NCBI RefSeq assembly: GCF_009914755.1
Contig: NC_060935.1
Length of the DNA: 64,000 nucleotides
Source of the DNA: the human T2T-CHM13v2.0 reference genome, Homo sapiens
Reading direction: 5' to 3' (one strand)
Below the pieces are notes generated by a model, which was not told the DNA's origin, did not search any database, and saw only the letters and a list, made by a program, of their open reading frames with translations. The position numbers were made by a program, and so were the translations under genes. Every line of letters starts with the position of its first letter. The first letter of the stretch is position 1. This document shows positions 1 to 23,493 of this stretch, piece by piece.

Positions 1-9
1 TCAAAAAAA

Positions 10-830
10 AAGTTGAATTTTAATATATTCAGAGTTGCGCAGCCATCACTACAATCAATTTAGCAACATATCACCCCCAAAAGAAACTATACCCGTTAGC
101 AATTACTCCCCATTTCCTCTCAGTTGTCCCCTCCACCCCACTACTAGTTTGCATGTTTGCTATTCTAGATATTTCACATAAATGGAATCACAAAGTATGT
201 AGCCTTGTCCAGGGTCATTTATGTTATAACATGTGTCAATACTTTATTTTTATTGCCAAATGATATTTCATTGTATGAACATAGTACATTTTACTTATCC
301 ATTCATCTGTTGATGGACATTTGGGTTGTTTCCACCCTTTGGCTATTACACATAATGCTATGAACATTTGTACGAAAGTTTTTGTGTGGACATAGGTTTT
401 CATTTCTCTTGGGAGTAGAATACCTAGGAATAGAATTGCTGAGTCATATAGTAACTATGTTCAACCTTTTGAGGTACTCTAAAACTTTTTCAGTGTGGCT
501 GCACCACGTTTACATTCCTACCAGCAATGTGTAAAGGTTCCAGTTTCTCCATATCCTTACCAACACTTGTTATCATCAGTCTTTTTGATTATAGTTTTTC
601 TAGTGTGGATGAAATGGTGTCTCTTGTAGGTTTGGTTTGCCTGTCTCTGATGGTTAATAATGTTGAGCATTTTTTCTGTGCCTAACGATCATTTATAATC
701 ATTGGAGAAATGTCTGTTTGAATTCTTTACCCATTTTAAAGTTGGATTATTCGTCTTATTATGATTTGGTTGTGAGAGTACTTTATATGTTCTAGATAGA
801 AGTCCCTTATCAGATACATGGTTTGCAAAA
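10..830 (-). mobile_element. L1M (L1MB-like) 3' region remnant
   Basis: typical antisense L1 3' text (catctgttgatggacatttgggttgtttccac; tacctaggaatagaattgctg; tttggagaaatgtctgt). Confidence 0.8.
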
Positions 831-1153
831 TGTCCATAGTCCTTTGCTGTGTGTTGGAATGTTGCTGTGAAGTAAGGACTGGTTGTGTTCTTCACAGAAA
901 CGTGGCATGGCTGCATTGAACTGTGCCTCTACTACATGGTTTTATTTTTAAAATAAAAAACCACTCCACCCTCATAGCATAGTTCCATTTCTGGAAGGTA
1001 AGCACTGAATTTTTAAATGTTCATACAAGCATATACAGATAACTATATACATTTTTAAATAAATGAATGCAATCATATGGTATCTACTTTTCTGCAACTT
1101 GCTTTTTCCCACTTACCATATATCTTGGACATGTTTCTCACTGTTTCAGATAG

Positions 1154-4985
<3,832 letters not shown>

Positions 4986-5818
4986 TTGTCTGTCAGGAAT
5001 TCCTTCTATAATTTTCACAATTATCTAATGATGCTTTGCTTTCCTTACCTATGTCACGATGAGCAATTTGGGTGATAAAATAGTAGCATATACAGTGTTC
5101 CTCTTGGGGGTAATAACGTACAGTCTGGCATTGTAATTTTGAAATAACATGCTTTTTAACAGAGCAGCATCAGAAATGGTGTTTGGAATATGTCAGAATC
5201 TCTTTCTTTTCTCTGCTGCATCTGTTCCTCATATTCCCTAGTTTTGCTGAAAGCAATCCAGGGCATGCTTACCAAACTGCTCTGTGCATGGAGTGCCCTT
5301 ATTAAACCATGTCCATTAGTGCTACTTTATTGAAGTTTAAGAGAGGTGTTTTTTGTTCTTTTTCACATCAATAGTTCAGTTGAGATCAAACCATCACCAA
5401 AATGGGGATACCTAATGACTAGACCTAGATGTTCATTTCTAAATTCTTGTCTCTGCTCTCAGCTCTTTCCTGACAGGTATTTTTAGCTTTAAGCCTAGTA
5501 GGTCCTATCTCTGTTGTCACTTCAAAGGTATCAGGCTCTACCTACCTGCCAGTCAGTTTCATATATTCAGTTTTTGAATAGTCCTGGAACTGCACAAAGC
5601 CTTCAAGTTTCAACATTTCACCTATCCAATAGGATATTCTGCCCCAATTAGAATTGGCAGTATGAACTCTTTGCCCATACTTTAACCCTTAGCATCATAT
5701 GGAGTCTGCGAGAACTCTATCTCATTTGCTAGCACGTTCTAATTACTTTTTACTTCACTGAATTATATTTAATTAATGGAACATGCTTACACTCTGGCTA
5801 TATTTAAATATAACTCAA

Positions 5819-6965
<1,147 letters not shown>

Positions 6966-7324
6966 TGACTGACAGTTATCATGGCACTGATACCTTTTTG
7001 TGTATCTGAACAGTAGTTCCCACTTTTGGTCTAATGAAGGTACGGTTTATAGTATTTCCAAGACAAAATTCTTCAAGCAATCCTAAACGTAAAAAGAATT
7101 ACAAATTATTACTACTATCTGTGTATTGCTCTTTTAAATATTGATGCTAAGTCAGATCTTTGGACCTGGAAAGGTCCTCAAGACATCTTCTGGTTCAGTT
7201 CCCTGTCCCAAGGCAGCTACATTATCCCAGCTACTGTTTGAGATAAGCCATGGTCCACAGAGGTAAGGAGACCTGGAGGTAGAAGGGAAGAAGGAGGTTG
7301 TGTTGGTGATTGGTAGAAGAGTTG

Positions 7325-8085
7325 CCCATTCATCCATTTATTCTGTACCTATTGTACTTCTACTATGGGCCAAGCACTTTCTAGGCACTAGAGTCAGCAG
7401 TGAGCAAACAAACAGAAGTCTCTGTCCATTCTCATGGAAGGGGAAATAGATAAACTAAATACATAAATACATGTAATTTGTTAAATAATAAGTACTGTGC
7501 AGAAACATGGAGGGGAAAAGAAGGATGGGGTTTACCATGATTGAGCAGTTGGGAGGTGCAGTTTGAAATGGGATGGACAGGGAAGCTCTCATTCCATTTG
7601 AGCAAAGACTTGAAGAGGGTAGGGAATGAATAATGAAGATACTGGGGACAATGTTTCAGGCAGAAGGAAACTCAAATGAACACGTTCTAAGGCAGCAGAA
7701 CATCCAATATGCTTGAGGAAAATGCCAATGTGGCTGAAGTGGAGTGAATGAGATGGTGAGTAGTAGGAAATGAGGGGCAAGATCATTGGCCTCATTGATC
7801 AGTGTAAGGATTTGGGGATTTTACTCTGAGAAAGTCCTCAGAAGGTTTTGAGCAGAAGCGGGACATGAGCTAACTTTTCCCTTCAAAGGACACTGACCGC
7901 TGTGTCAAAAGAAGAGTGTAGGAGGCTAATGGAGAAGCAGGGAAATAAGTTAGGATGCTGTTATAGTAATGCAGGTGAGAGACTGGTTGTGGCTTAGATC
8001 AGGGAAGTACTGGTGAAGGTTGTGAGAGGTAGCCAGATTCGGGGTAGATTTCTGAAGATTAAGTCAACAAAATATGCTGACACAT
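7325..8085 (-). mobile_element. L2 LINE remnant
   Basis: cattcatccatttatt...gcactttctaggcactag; catttgagcaaagacttgaag; ggttttgagcagaag: antisense L2 3' hallmarks. Confidence 0.8.
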
Positions 8086-8422
8086 TGTAAGTGGGAATCC
8101 TCAGCAATGCTAAACCCAAAGGACTCTAATTATGGGAATTCTAGAGATCATATGAAACTGATGGGCACAATTCGTCAGTGTACTTCTAAGTTGCTAAGCG
8201 CACTGACAAATTGTGCCCATCAGTTTGAATTGTTGAATTATAAGAAGCATGCCTTGGACTTTGGGCTAATACTCTTACCCTACATATTGAGTGAAATTTC
8301 ATCTTATTTCCAACACCATTACATCCTCAGCAGCTTTTTGTGGTTCATAAATATTCTTTGTAACTTTCATTTCACATGTATCATTCTTTGTTCCCAAGTG
8401 TCTTTATTTTTCTTCAAGGTAG

Positions 8423-8566
<144 letters not shown>

Positions 8567-8658
8567 TGAAAATATCATTTATCTTAAAAGAAAAAAAATT
8601 TACAACTTCCTAGTTCCTGATTTAGCAGAAAACAATATAAACCTAGGTCTTTTTATGA

Positions 8659-10540
<1,882 letters not shown>

Positions 10541-11058
10541 TTATCTGACATTGTCTCTGAATTAGTGTTTGCTTTGCTCCAGGAAACAGCCAAGTCCTCA
10601 AAAACTCTTTGTTTCTATGGAAACCTACTGAGCACATGCATACATAAACAGGGGTCTTATAGCCCTCAGGGATGAGAATGACAGATGATCTCACATACAC
10701 TGACATAATCTGTCTGTCTTCCCAGCTTCAACTCCCCACTGGTCATGGTCACTGATTCTAAGTGACTCTGAAAGGTATAAAGCAGTCCAACTCATGTAGC
10801 CTGCTGTGATGAGCCACTCTTCCTCTTGACCTCATCTAATTGAAAATTGCAGGGGAGGAAGGATGGCTGAGGGAGGATTTTCTGCTTTCTGTAGGATCAC
10901 TGGATGTGTTATTGAATTGCCTCAGAACATTGAGGGAAGAATCAAGATGAACACGAGCTTAAGTTGTGTATGTTTTTATAGTTGATATCATTTTGAAATT
11001 GTATAAAGTTTAAAATTTTTGTTTGTGCCAATTTATTGTCTTGAATCTTTTGTTATAG

Positions 11059-11142
11059 ATGCAAAACTCATAGATGGCCAGGTCATTCAGTTGGAAGATG
11101 GTTCTGCGGCCTATGTTCAACATGTACCCATACCTAAAAGTA
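11059..11142 (+). CDS. ZNF143: ZNF143 exon 4 (84 nt), repeat 2 QVIQLEDGSAAYVQH
   Basis: ttatag|ATGCA...AGTA|gtaagt; phase 1-1. Confidence 0.97.
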
Positions 11143-11667
11143 GTAAGTATTTAAGATAACAGCACGGGAAACCATTTTAATTCTCAGCTTTTAGTATTTG
11201 CTACCTGCAGCTCCCTCTTACTACCTAAACTTGGTCTTGTTCTCAAGTCCTCCTTCTGTAAAGGGAGATTATAGATGCCACAGAGTGGATCTTAACCAAG
11301 ACTTTCTCGTAAAGATAATGGAAAAGAAGTTACTGGACTGCACTGTGGAGATAAATGAGTAACAGTCCTGAGTGAATGTTTCTGTTTTTTGAGCTGAATC
11401 TTACATGTCTCTCATTTTCTTCATTTTTCCCCTTCTTTCAACTCTCTTTAATACTGGTGTATATTTCTAAAACCAATATTCTAATGTCTTTTTACCTTTA
11501 AACACTGACGCAGGGAAGCTTTACTGAACTTTCTTAAATGTTCAAAGACTCATGAAGCAAGTATAGATTGTTATAATGTGTTAATGGTTTATTGACTCTT
11601 GTTGCTAAGTGAGTTAATTGGAATGTGCTAGAAAACATGAGATCTAAATGTAAGCATTGTTCTTGAG

Positions 11668-11751
11668 CAGGGGACAGTTTGCGTCTAGAGGATGGTCAAG
11701 CAGTACAGTTAGAAGATGGTACCACAGCATTTATTCACCACACCTCCAAAG
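11668..11751 (+). CDS. ZNF143: ZNF143 exon 5 (84 nt; alternative start 11671), repeat 3 [15 protein letters not shown]
   Basis: ttcttgag|CAG|GGGAC...AAAG|gtaaaa; tandem acceptor. Confidence 0.95.
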
Positions 11752-13023
11752 GTAAAATAACTTTGAAAGTATGAATAAAATAAGGGAGAAGTGGGAGTGG
11801 TGGGGGAAAGAAGACCTGTGTTTAGCTTCTGAATTGTTGTCATGGGAAAGAATTGTATTTATTCATTAAAGTACAAGGTGGCAGATTTAAGCATGATTTA
11901 AGGAAAAATTTTCCTACAATTTGAGCTGTCCAGTGACAAGCTGGAACAGCAAACCAAATGACTGGTCCCTGGAAGACTTAAAGTAGAGGCCACATTTTGT
12001 TTTTTTGGTTGGCTTTTGTTCTAAGAGACAGGGTCTCACTCTGTTGCCAGGCTGGATTGTGGTGGCACAAGCACAGCTCACTGCAGCCTCAAACTCCTGG
12101 GCTCAGGGATCCTCCTGCCTCAGCCTCCTGAATAGCTGGGACTACAGGTGCATGCTGCCTCTCCCAGCTAGTTTTTTCATTTTTTGTAGAGACAGGGTCT
12201 TACTCTGTTGCCAGGCTAATCTCAAACTCCTGGCCTCAAGCCAGCCTCCCAAAGTGCTGGGATTATAGGCGTTAGCTACTGCACCCAGCCTTAATTTCAT
12301 ATTTTAAAAGCAGCCTTGGCTCCTTTTTTAAATGATTCAGAAATAAAATCACAATGTAACATTGAAATGGTTAACTTCATATTTTATTCATTTCTGTATT
12401 TTAGAGATAAGATCTTTGTTAGGCTAGAGTGCAGTGGTACAATCATAGCTCACTATAGCCCTGAATTCCTGGGCTCAAGGGGCTTTCCTGCCTCAGCCTC
12501 CTGAGCAGCTAGGACTACACGTGTGTGTCACCACAGCCAGCTGATTTTTAAATTTTTATTTTCTGATTAATTTTTTTTGTTAAATATAGGGTCTTGCTAT
12601 GTTGCTCAGGCTGGTCCTGAACTCCTGGCCTCAAGCAGTCCTCCTGCTCCGACCTCCCAAAGCAGTGGGGTCACAGACATGAACCACTTTGCCTAACCTA
12701 TTTCTTCCTCTTAAATGCAATTTTTTGCCTGGGCATGTTGGCTCATGCCTGTAAGCCTAGCACTTTGGGAGGCCGATGCAGGCGGATCACCTGAGGTCAG
12801 GGGTTTGAGACCAGCCTGGCCATGCAAAACCCTGTCTCTACTAAAAATACAAAAAAATACAAAAATTAGCCAGTTGTGGTAGTGCATGCCTTCAATCCTG
12901 GCTACTAGGGAGGCTGAGGCAGGAGAATCGCTTGAACCCAGGAGGTAGAGGTTGCAGTGTAGTTGAGATCGTGCCACTGCACTCCAGCCTGGGCAACAGA
13001 GTGAGACCCTGTCTCAAAAAAAA

Positions 13024-13028
<5 letters not shown>

Positions 13029-13079
<51 letters not shown>
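13029..13079. repeat. (TG)n microsatellite in an Alu tail
   Basis: direct reading. Confidence 0.97.
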
Positions 13080-13082
<3 letters not shown>

Positions 13083-13506
13083 AAATTTTTAAAGCAAGGT
13101 CCTTTGCCTACTATGTTTAATTGAAACTAAGTATACAATGTCAAAAATATTTGAAGCAAATACAGCAAAATGTTAATGCTTATTACATTTGTTTAAGGGA
13201 AGTTCAGGGGTTTGAGGTGGAATGTCTAGGAATGATGAGTACAGCTCTGCAACCAGACTATGTATATTCAAAGCTACTTTTTTTTTGCTGTGTGACATTA
13301 AGCAGATTACTTTTCTGTGCTTTAGTTTCATCATCTGTAAAATGAGGATTATAGTAGGTGTCCATATCATACGTAGGGTTGTTGTGAGGACAGAATGCAC
13401 AAACATGTAAAGCACTTAGAACCGTGCTTGTCTCATACTAAATGCTCAATAAATGTTACCTATTGTTACTACTTTAGAGAATATTTTATTTTAATTAATT
13501 AATTAA

Positions 13507-13811
<305 letters not shown>

Positions 13812-13824
13812 TAGAATGACATAA

Positions 13825-14097
<273 letters not shown>

Positions 14098-14199
14098 TAG
14101 CCAGGATGGTCTCGGTCTCCTGACCTTGTGATCTGCCCTCCTCAGCCTCCCAAACAAAGGGAGGAATCTTTAAAAAATTTAAAATACTTAAATTTATAA

Positions 14200-14607
<408 letters not shown>

Positions 14608-14939
14608 TAGGATGGTCTCAATCTCTTGACCTTGTGATCCGCCTGGCTTGGCCTCCCAAAGTGTTGGGATTACAGGCGTGAGCCACCACAAAAGGCCGCA
14701 CTTTTTTCTTTATCAATAAGAGTTAGTCACAGGTTCATTGTAACTGGCTAGATTTATTATTTCACTATCTCTATATATATATCGATATAAAATCACTATT
14801 TTATATCAATACCAGTATAGATATAGATATATCTTAGTGTGGACATTTAGAGGGGAAAAAACCACCATGGAGGGACTGTGGAGTCATACTGACATGAGTT
14901 CAAATCCTGATTTCTCTACATATTGATTTTGACTGTTAA

Positions 14940-15149
<210 letters not shown>

Positions 15150-15471
15150 TAGTAGAGAGGGTGTTTCACTGTGTTAGCCAGGATGGTCTCAATCTCCTGA
15201 CCTCGTGATCCGCCCGCCTCGGCCTCCCAGAGTCCTGGGATTATAGGCTTGAGCCACTGCACCCGGCCTGTTAATGTTTTTTAAATTTTCTGATTGCTAA
15301 GGAAAGTGATGTTACTTCTCCAAACCTGAGTTCCCATTTATACAATGAAGGCAGTAAATGTACCTGCCTTGCAGAATTATTGTGAGGATTAAATGAAATA
15401 ACACATATCAAGTGCGTGGTCCAGTACTCAGAGTAACTACTCAATAAAAGCTCATTTCTCTCTTCCTTTAA

Positions 15472-15732
<261 letters not shown>

Positions 15733-16327
15733 TAGCATTTCACAATGTCAAGAATGTTGCAGATATAGCTTCTTTATTTTTCATGAAAAGAAAAGAAAAC
15801 AAAAAAGTACACCTCATCAAAAAAAACCTGGCCAATTTTGGCTGGGCATGGCGTGATGGCTCACGCCTATAACTTCCCAGCACTTTGGGAGGCCAAAGTG
15901 GGAGGATTGTTTGAGCATAGATCCCTGTCTCAAATTCAGAAATTAAAAAAAAAGACACTAGCAACTCAAAGTCAAAATCAGTTAGTATCAAAGAGATCAG
16001 CATTTATCTTAAGTGAAGTGTGGAAAGATTGGAAAAAAAAAGGGAATGGAGTAAAGACTTATAGAAGAGAAATGAGTGGCAGGTAATTCACCGAAAGATA
16101 TACGAGGATGAAGGGCTATAAAAGAAATAATAAAGTGTAAATGGAACTGCTTATGAATTAAGAAGTAGGAACTATAGATTAGGAAAAGTAAAGTCTCAAG
16201 TTTTATATCAAAAGAGCTGATTTTTTTTTCCCCTGCATTGAACATGTATCTCTCATATAACTTAAAAGGTTTTATTTCACTTTTGTTAGGGACATTTTCT
16301 TTTTTTTTTTCTTTACAAACAAAATAA

Positions 16328-16477
<150 letters not shown>

Positions 16478-16613
16478 TAAATGATAATGAAGCCCCATGT
16501 ACTTTTTTTTCTTTTTCTTTTTTTTTGCAAGCTTCTCCCTGAACCATGTACTTAACCAGCCTAAACCATTATCAAAATGTAAAACATTTTAAAGCTTTAT
16601 TTTATTCCTATAG

Positions 16614-16688
16614 GTGTCCATTGATGGAAGTGAAAGTGTAGCAGGTACTGGAATGATTGGAGAAAATGAGCAAGAGAAAAAAATGCAG
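16614..16688 (+). CDS. ZNF143: ZNF143 exon 7 (75 nt) VSIDGSES...EKKMQ
   Basis: cctatag|GTG...CAG|gtatgt; phase 0-0. Confidence 0.96.
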
Positions 16689-17922
16689 GTATGTAAAGCT
16701 ACTTTTTAATATAAAAATCTAGCTTAGCATTTCTGTGCCCTTCTGTGGATGAAAGCAAGAATAGGTAACTCACTACCTCTCTAGGAAAATCTCACCAGTT
16801 CAGAAAAACAATGTATGTATTGGGCAGCAGCTTTCTCAAACTGCCTGAGGTCCCAGTGTTCATTGGTGGATGCAAAATGATGCTAAAGAAATGGAAGTAT
16901 CACAGAAATCCAGGTGAAGCTTGTGTGCTGGATTCCAAGGCAGTTTTCTGGACAAGGCAGTTGTGGAGACCAGGTGACTTCCTGACTGCCCCCACCCATG
17001 GCATGGCAATTTGTGGATACTTTTTCTGGGACTTCATCATGACTCTTTCTAAATAATCCTCACTGCTTTGCTTTTTGTATTTTTAAATTTCTTCTTCTTC
17101 CAGCTGATTCCCTCCATATTTTCCTTTTCAACTTCTGAAGGGAGAGTCCAGCCTAGTTAATCTTGGACAAAGCTGTTTATACTTTTTCTACCAGACTGCT
17201 TCCTGGTCTGCAGGTGGCCTGTGGGCTGGCTTCCCGTGGTTCAAATGTTCACCCTGGGTCCAGTCATTGGCTGCCCCTTACCTAAGTAACAGCCCAGAGC
17301 ACCAGTGCTTCTAAAAGTTTTGTAGTAAGTACAAAGTAGTCACAGGTGCATTCTTGCATATCTCCTACAATCAAAAATTCAAAACTTATGTTATTCAAGA
17401 ATTGTTTTTGTGTTGGGATGTTCGTGTGGAGGGTATGCTTGGAGCTTGTATAATCATTGTAGTACATTCCTGCTTTAATGCTGCTCTTTATTTTCTCAGC
17501 AATTTTCTCTAATATTTTGTTGACTGTTCCTTTATAGTAGTTTTTTTTTCATTCTTCAGAGTTTTATTATATTTAACTCCTAAAGTTACTACTCAGGGTC
17601 ACATTTATAACCTTGAGCATTAACATGACCACTTAGTGACATTGAGTGATACTGTTAGGGGTTATCAAGAAGATTTTACATTTATATTAATAGTAAGTGA
17701 TAAAATAACAGGAATCACTGAAATCACTTGTAGAAATATGGTTCTGGCCGGGCGTGGTGGCTCATGCCTGTAATCCCAGCACTTTGGGAGGCTGAGGCGG
17801 ATGGATGACTTGAGGTCAGGAGTTTGAGACCAACTTGGCCAACATGGTGAAACCCTGCCTCTACTAAAAATACAAAAAATTAGCCAGGTGTGGTGGCTAG
17901 TGCCTATAATCCTAGCTACTCA

Positions 17923-18060
<138 letters not shown>

Positions 18061-18731
18061 TTATGCTTCTACGCGTTGCTGAATAGCCAATATTTCTGTT
18101 TACCAGCTGAAGTGATGCTACAAAGTGGCAATAGAATAAACACAGTTTTCAGTTCACTAAGCCCATCAGCTTTGATGCTGTGTGATTCGTAGCAAAATTT
18201 TCAGGTCTCAATTCATATTCATATTTTGTGAATGAAATGAGACTTTAAGGCAGGTGTGGTGGCTCACACCTGTAATCACAATACTTTGAGAGGCTGAGGT
18301 GGGAAGATTGCTTGAACCCAGAAGTTTGAGACCAGCCCGGGCAACAAAGTGAGACTCCATCTCTACAAAAAATTACAAAATTAGCAAGGCATGGTGGCAC
18401 ACATTTGTAGTCACAGCTGTTTGGGAGGCGAGGGCAGGAGGATCCCTTGAGCCCGTGGTTTGAAGTTATAGTGAGCTGATTGTGCCACTGCACTCCAGCC
18501 TAAGCAACAGAGCAAGACCCTGTTCTCCCCCACCTCCCAAAAAATGAGACTTCAGTATTTTTTATACAGTTCTATGTCAAATCCACCTAAGTCAACCTCT
18601 ACTAAGATGCAAACACAGGGTAAATATGTGCGGGAGTTATAGGTCAGTGGCTTGGAGTGTTGGAGTGGCCCAATAAGTTCTCTGTCTTATTGGTAACTGA
18701 CAAGTACATTTTAAAATAATAGAATATTTTA

Positions 18732-19317
<586 letters not shown>

Positions 19318-19395
19318 TAGCCAGGATGGTCTCGATCTCCTGACCTCATGATCTGCCTGCCTTGGCTTCCCAAAGTGCTGGGATTACAGGCGTGA

Positions 19396-19617
<222 letters not shown>

Positions 19618-19863
19618 TAGCCAGGATGGTCTCGATCTCCTGACCTCATGATCCGCCCACCTCGGCCTCCCATAGTGCTGGGATTATAGGCGTGAGCCAG
19701 CGCACCCGGCCAAAAAATCCCATTACTCTTTATCTGTAGACATATTACCATTTGGTATTGGTACCAGTAGACAAATAGAAGACTACTGAATGGGATTCTT
19801 TTTTTTTTTTTTACTGTAGCTTTTTTCTCCTTTGCCTTTTGTACCTCTTCCTTACAGACTAGA

Positions 19864-21260
<1,397 letters not shown>

Positions 21261-21328
21261 GATCAGAAGTTCATGACTTCACCATTCTCTAAAATGATTA
21301 ATTACCGTATTTAAGGTTGAGAACCTAG

Positions 21329-21463
<135 letters not shown>

Positions 21464-21911
21464 TGAGTAGCTGGTATCACAGGAGCGTGCCACCATGCCC
21501 GGCTAATTTTTTATATTTTTGTTAAAGAAATATTTAAAAAAATGTTTTTTATATTTCACCTTGTTGGCCAGGCTGATCACAAACTCCTGACCTCAAGTGA
21601 TCCACCTGCCTCGGCCTCCCAAAGTGCTGGGATTTCAGGCGTGAGTCACCGTGCCCAGCCTGAACCTTGCTTTTCTAAGTCTCTTTTTTTCTACCTCTAA
21701 AAGAAAGGTATTAATTAGATCCATGGTTATCTTAGGGGCAAAAGTTTGGTGTTTTTTTTTTTTTGTTTATTTTTTGTTTTTTGAGATGGAGTCTCACTCT
21801 GTCGCCCAAGCTGAAGTGCAATGGCCTGATCTTGGCTCACTGTAACCTCCACCTCCCAGTTGAACTCCTGACCTCCAGTGATCCACCCACCTCAGCCTCC
21901 CAAAGCACTAG

Positions 21912-22163
<252 letters not shown>

Positions 22164-22464
22164 TAGCCAGGATGGTCTCCATCTCCTGACCTCGTGATCT
22201 GCCTGCCTCGGCCTTCCAAAGTGCTAGGATTACAGGCGTGACCCACCGCGCCCGGCCGCCAAAGATTTTTTAAGATAATATTTTTAGTGTTTTTTTTAAT
22301 TCAGGTAAAGTACAAAGAAGAAAACCCAAAATGACCCGTAATCTTACTCTACGTATCTATTTTACATATTTTTAAATATAAAAGTAATCATGTTTATGTT
22401 TAGAAAATCCAAATAGTATAGATTAGTAAAAATAAAAAGTGAGGGATCTACTGCCTGATAGTAA

Positions 22465-22878
<414 letters not shown>

Positions 22879-23493
22879 TAGGATTGTTTCCTTTCTTCAA
22901 AGAGAATACATTTTTAAAAATTCAAGTTGTTTTTATTTTATCCTCCCCCAAGAATATAGATTATTTACATCATACAAGTTAACAAACACCAGATTGTAAG
23001 TTATAGCTGCCATGTGCATTAGGCCGTTACAGTAAATGGGATTATAAGTACTAAACCAGACAATACAATGCAATGTTTATCCTCAACCCTACTGAGTCTC
23101 TCACTCTATAATTACAGAAGCTCTGCCAGTTAGGTTCCACTGGACTACAGCATCCTGAAACCTGGTTGGTTAATAGCTTGAGCTCTAGAGCCAAACTCCT
23201 TCAAATCTCACTTCCCAGCTTTTGACCATGGGCAAGTTACATTACTAAGCCCCTCTGAGTCTCATTTTTTCTATTTGTAAATCATAGTTGATATTGAATT
23301 CATTGGATAGCCATGGGGGCCAATTAGACAGTGTACGTAAAGCAGCCACCACAGTGCATCACATAAATGCAACTGCTCAATAAATGTCAGTTAGCCTCTT
23401 TATTATGAGGTCACCTTGGAATTTAATCTTAGCTCCAGTCTTGTATCTACCTCTGGAATTTGCACCTCCTTAGAATATAATGGTCCTAGGCGC

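Noticed and set aside
7155-7268. Strong donor GAG|gtaagg at 7262/7263 suggesting another 5'UTR exon
   Set aside because: No convincing pyrimidine tract/acceptor upstream
16820-17600. Purine-skewed minus-strand stretch with a coding-like look
   Set aside because: Multiple stops; probably an ancient LINE or transposon relic, but I cannot assign a family without a Dfam search
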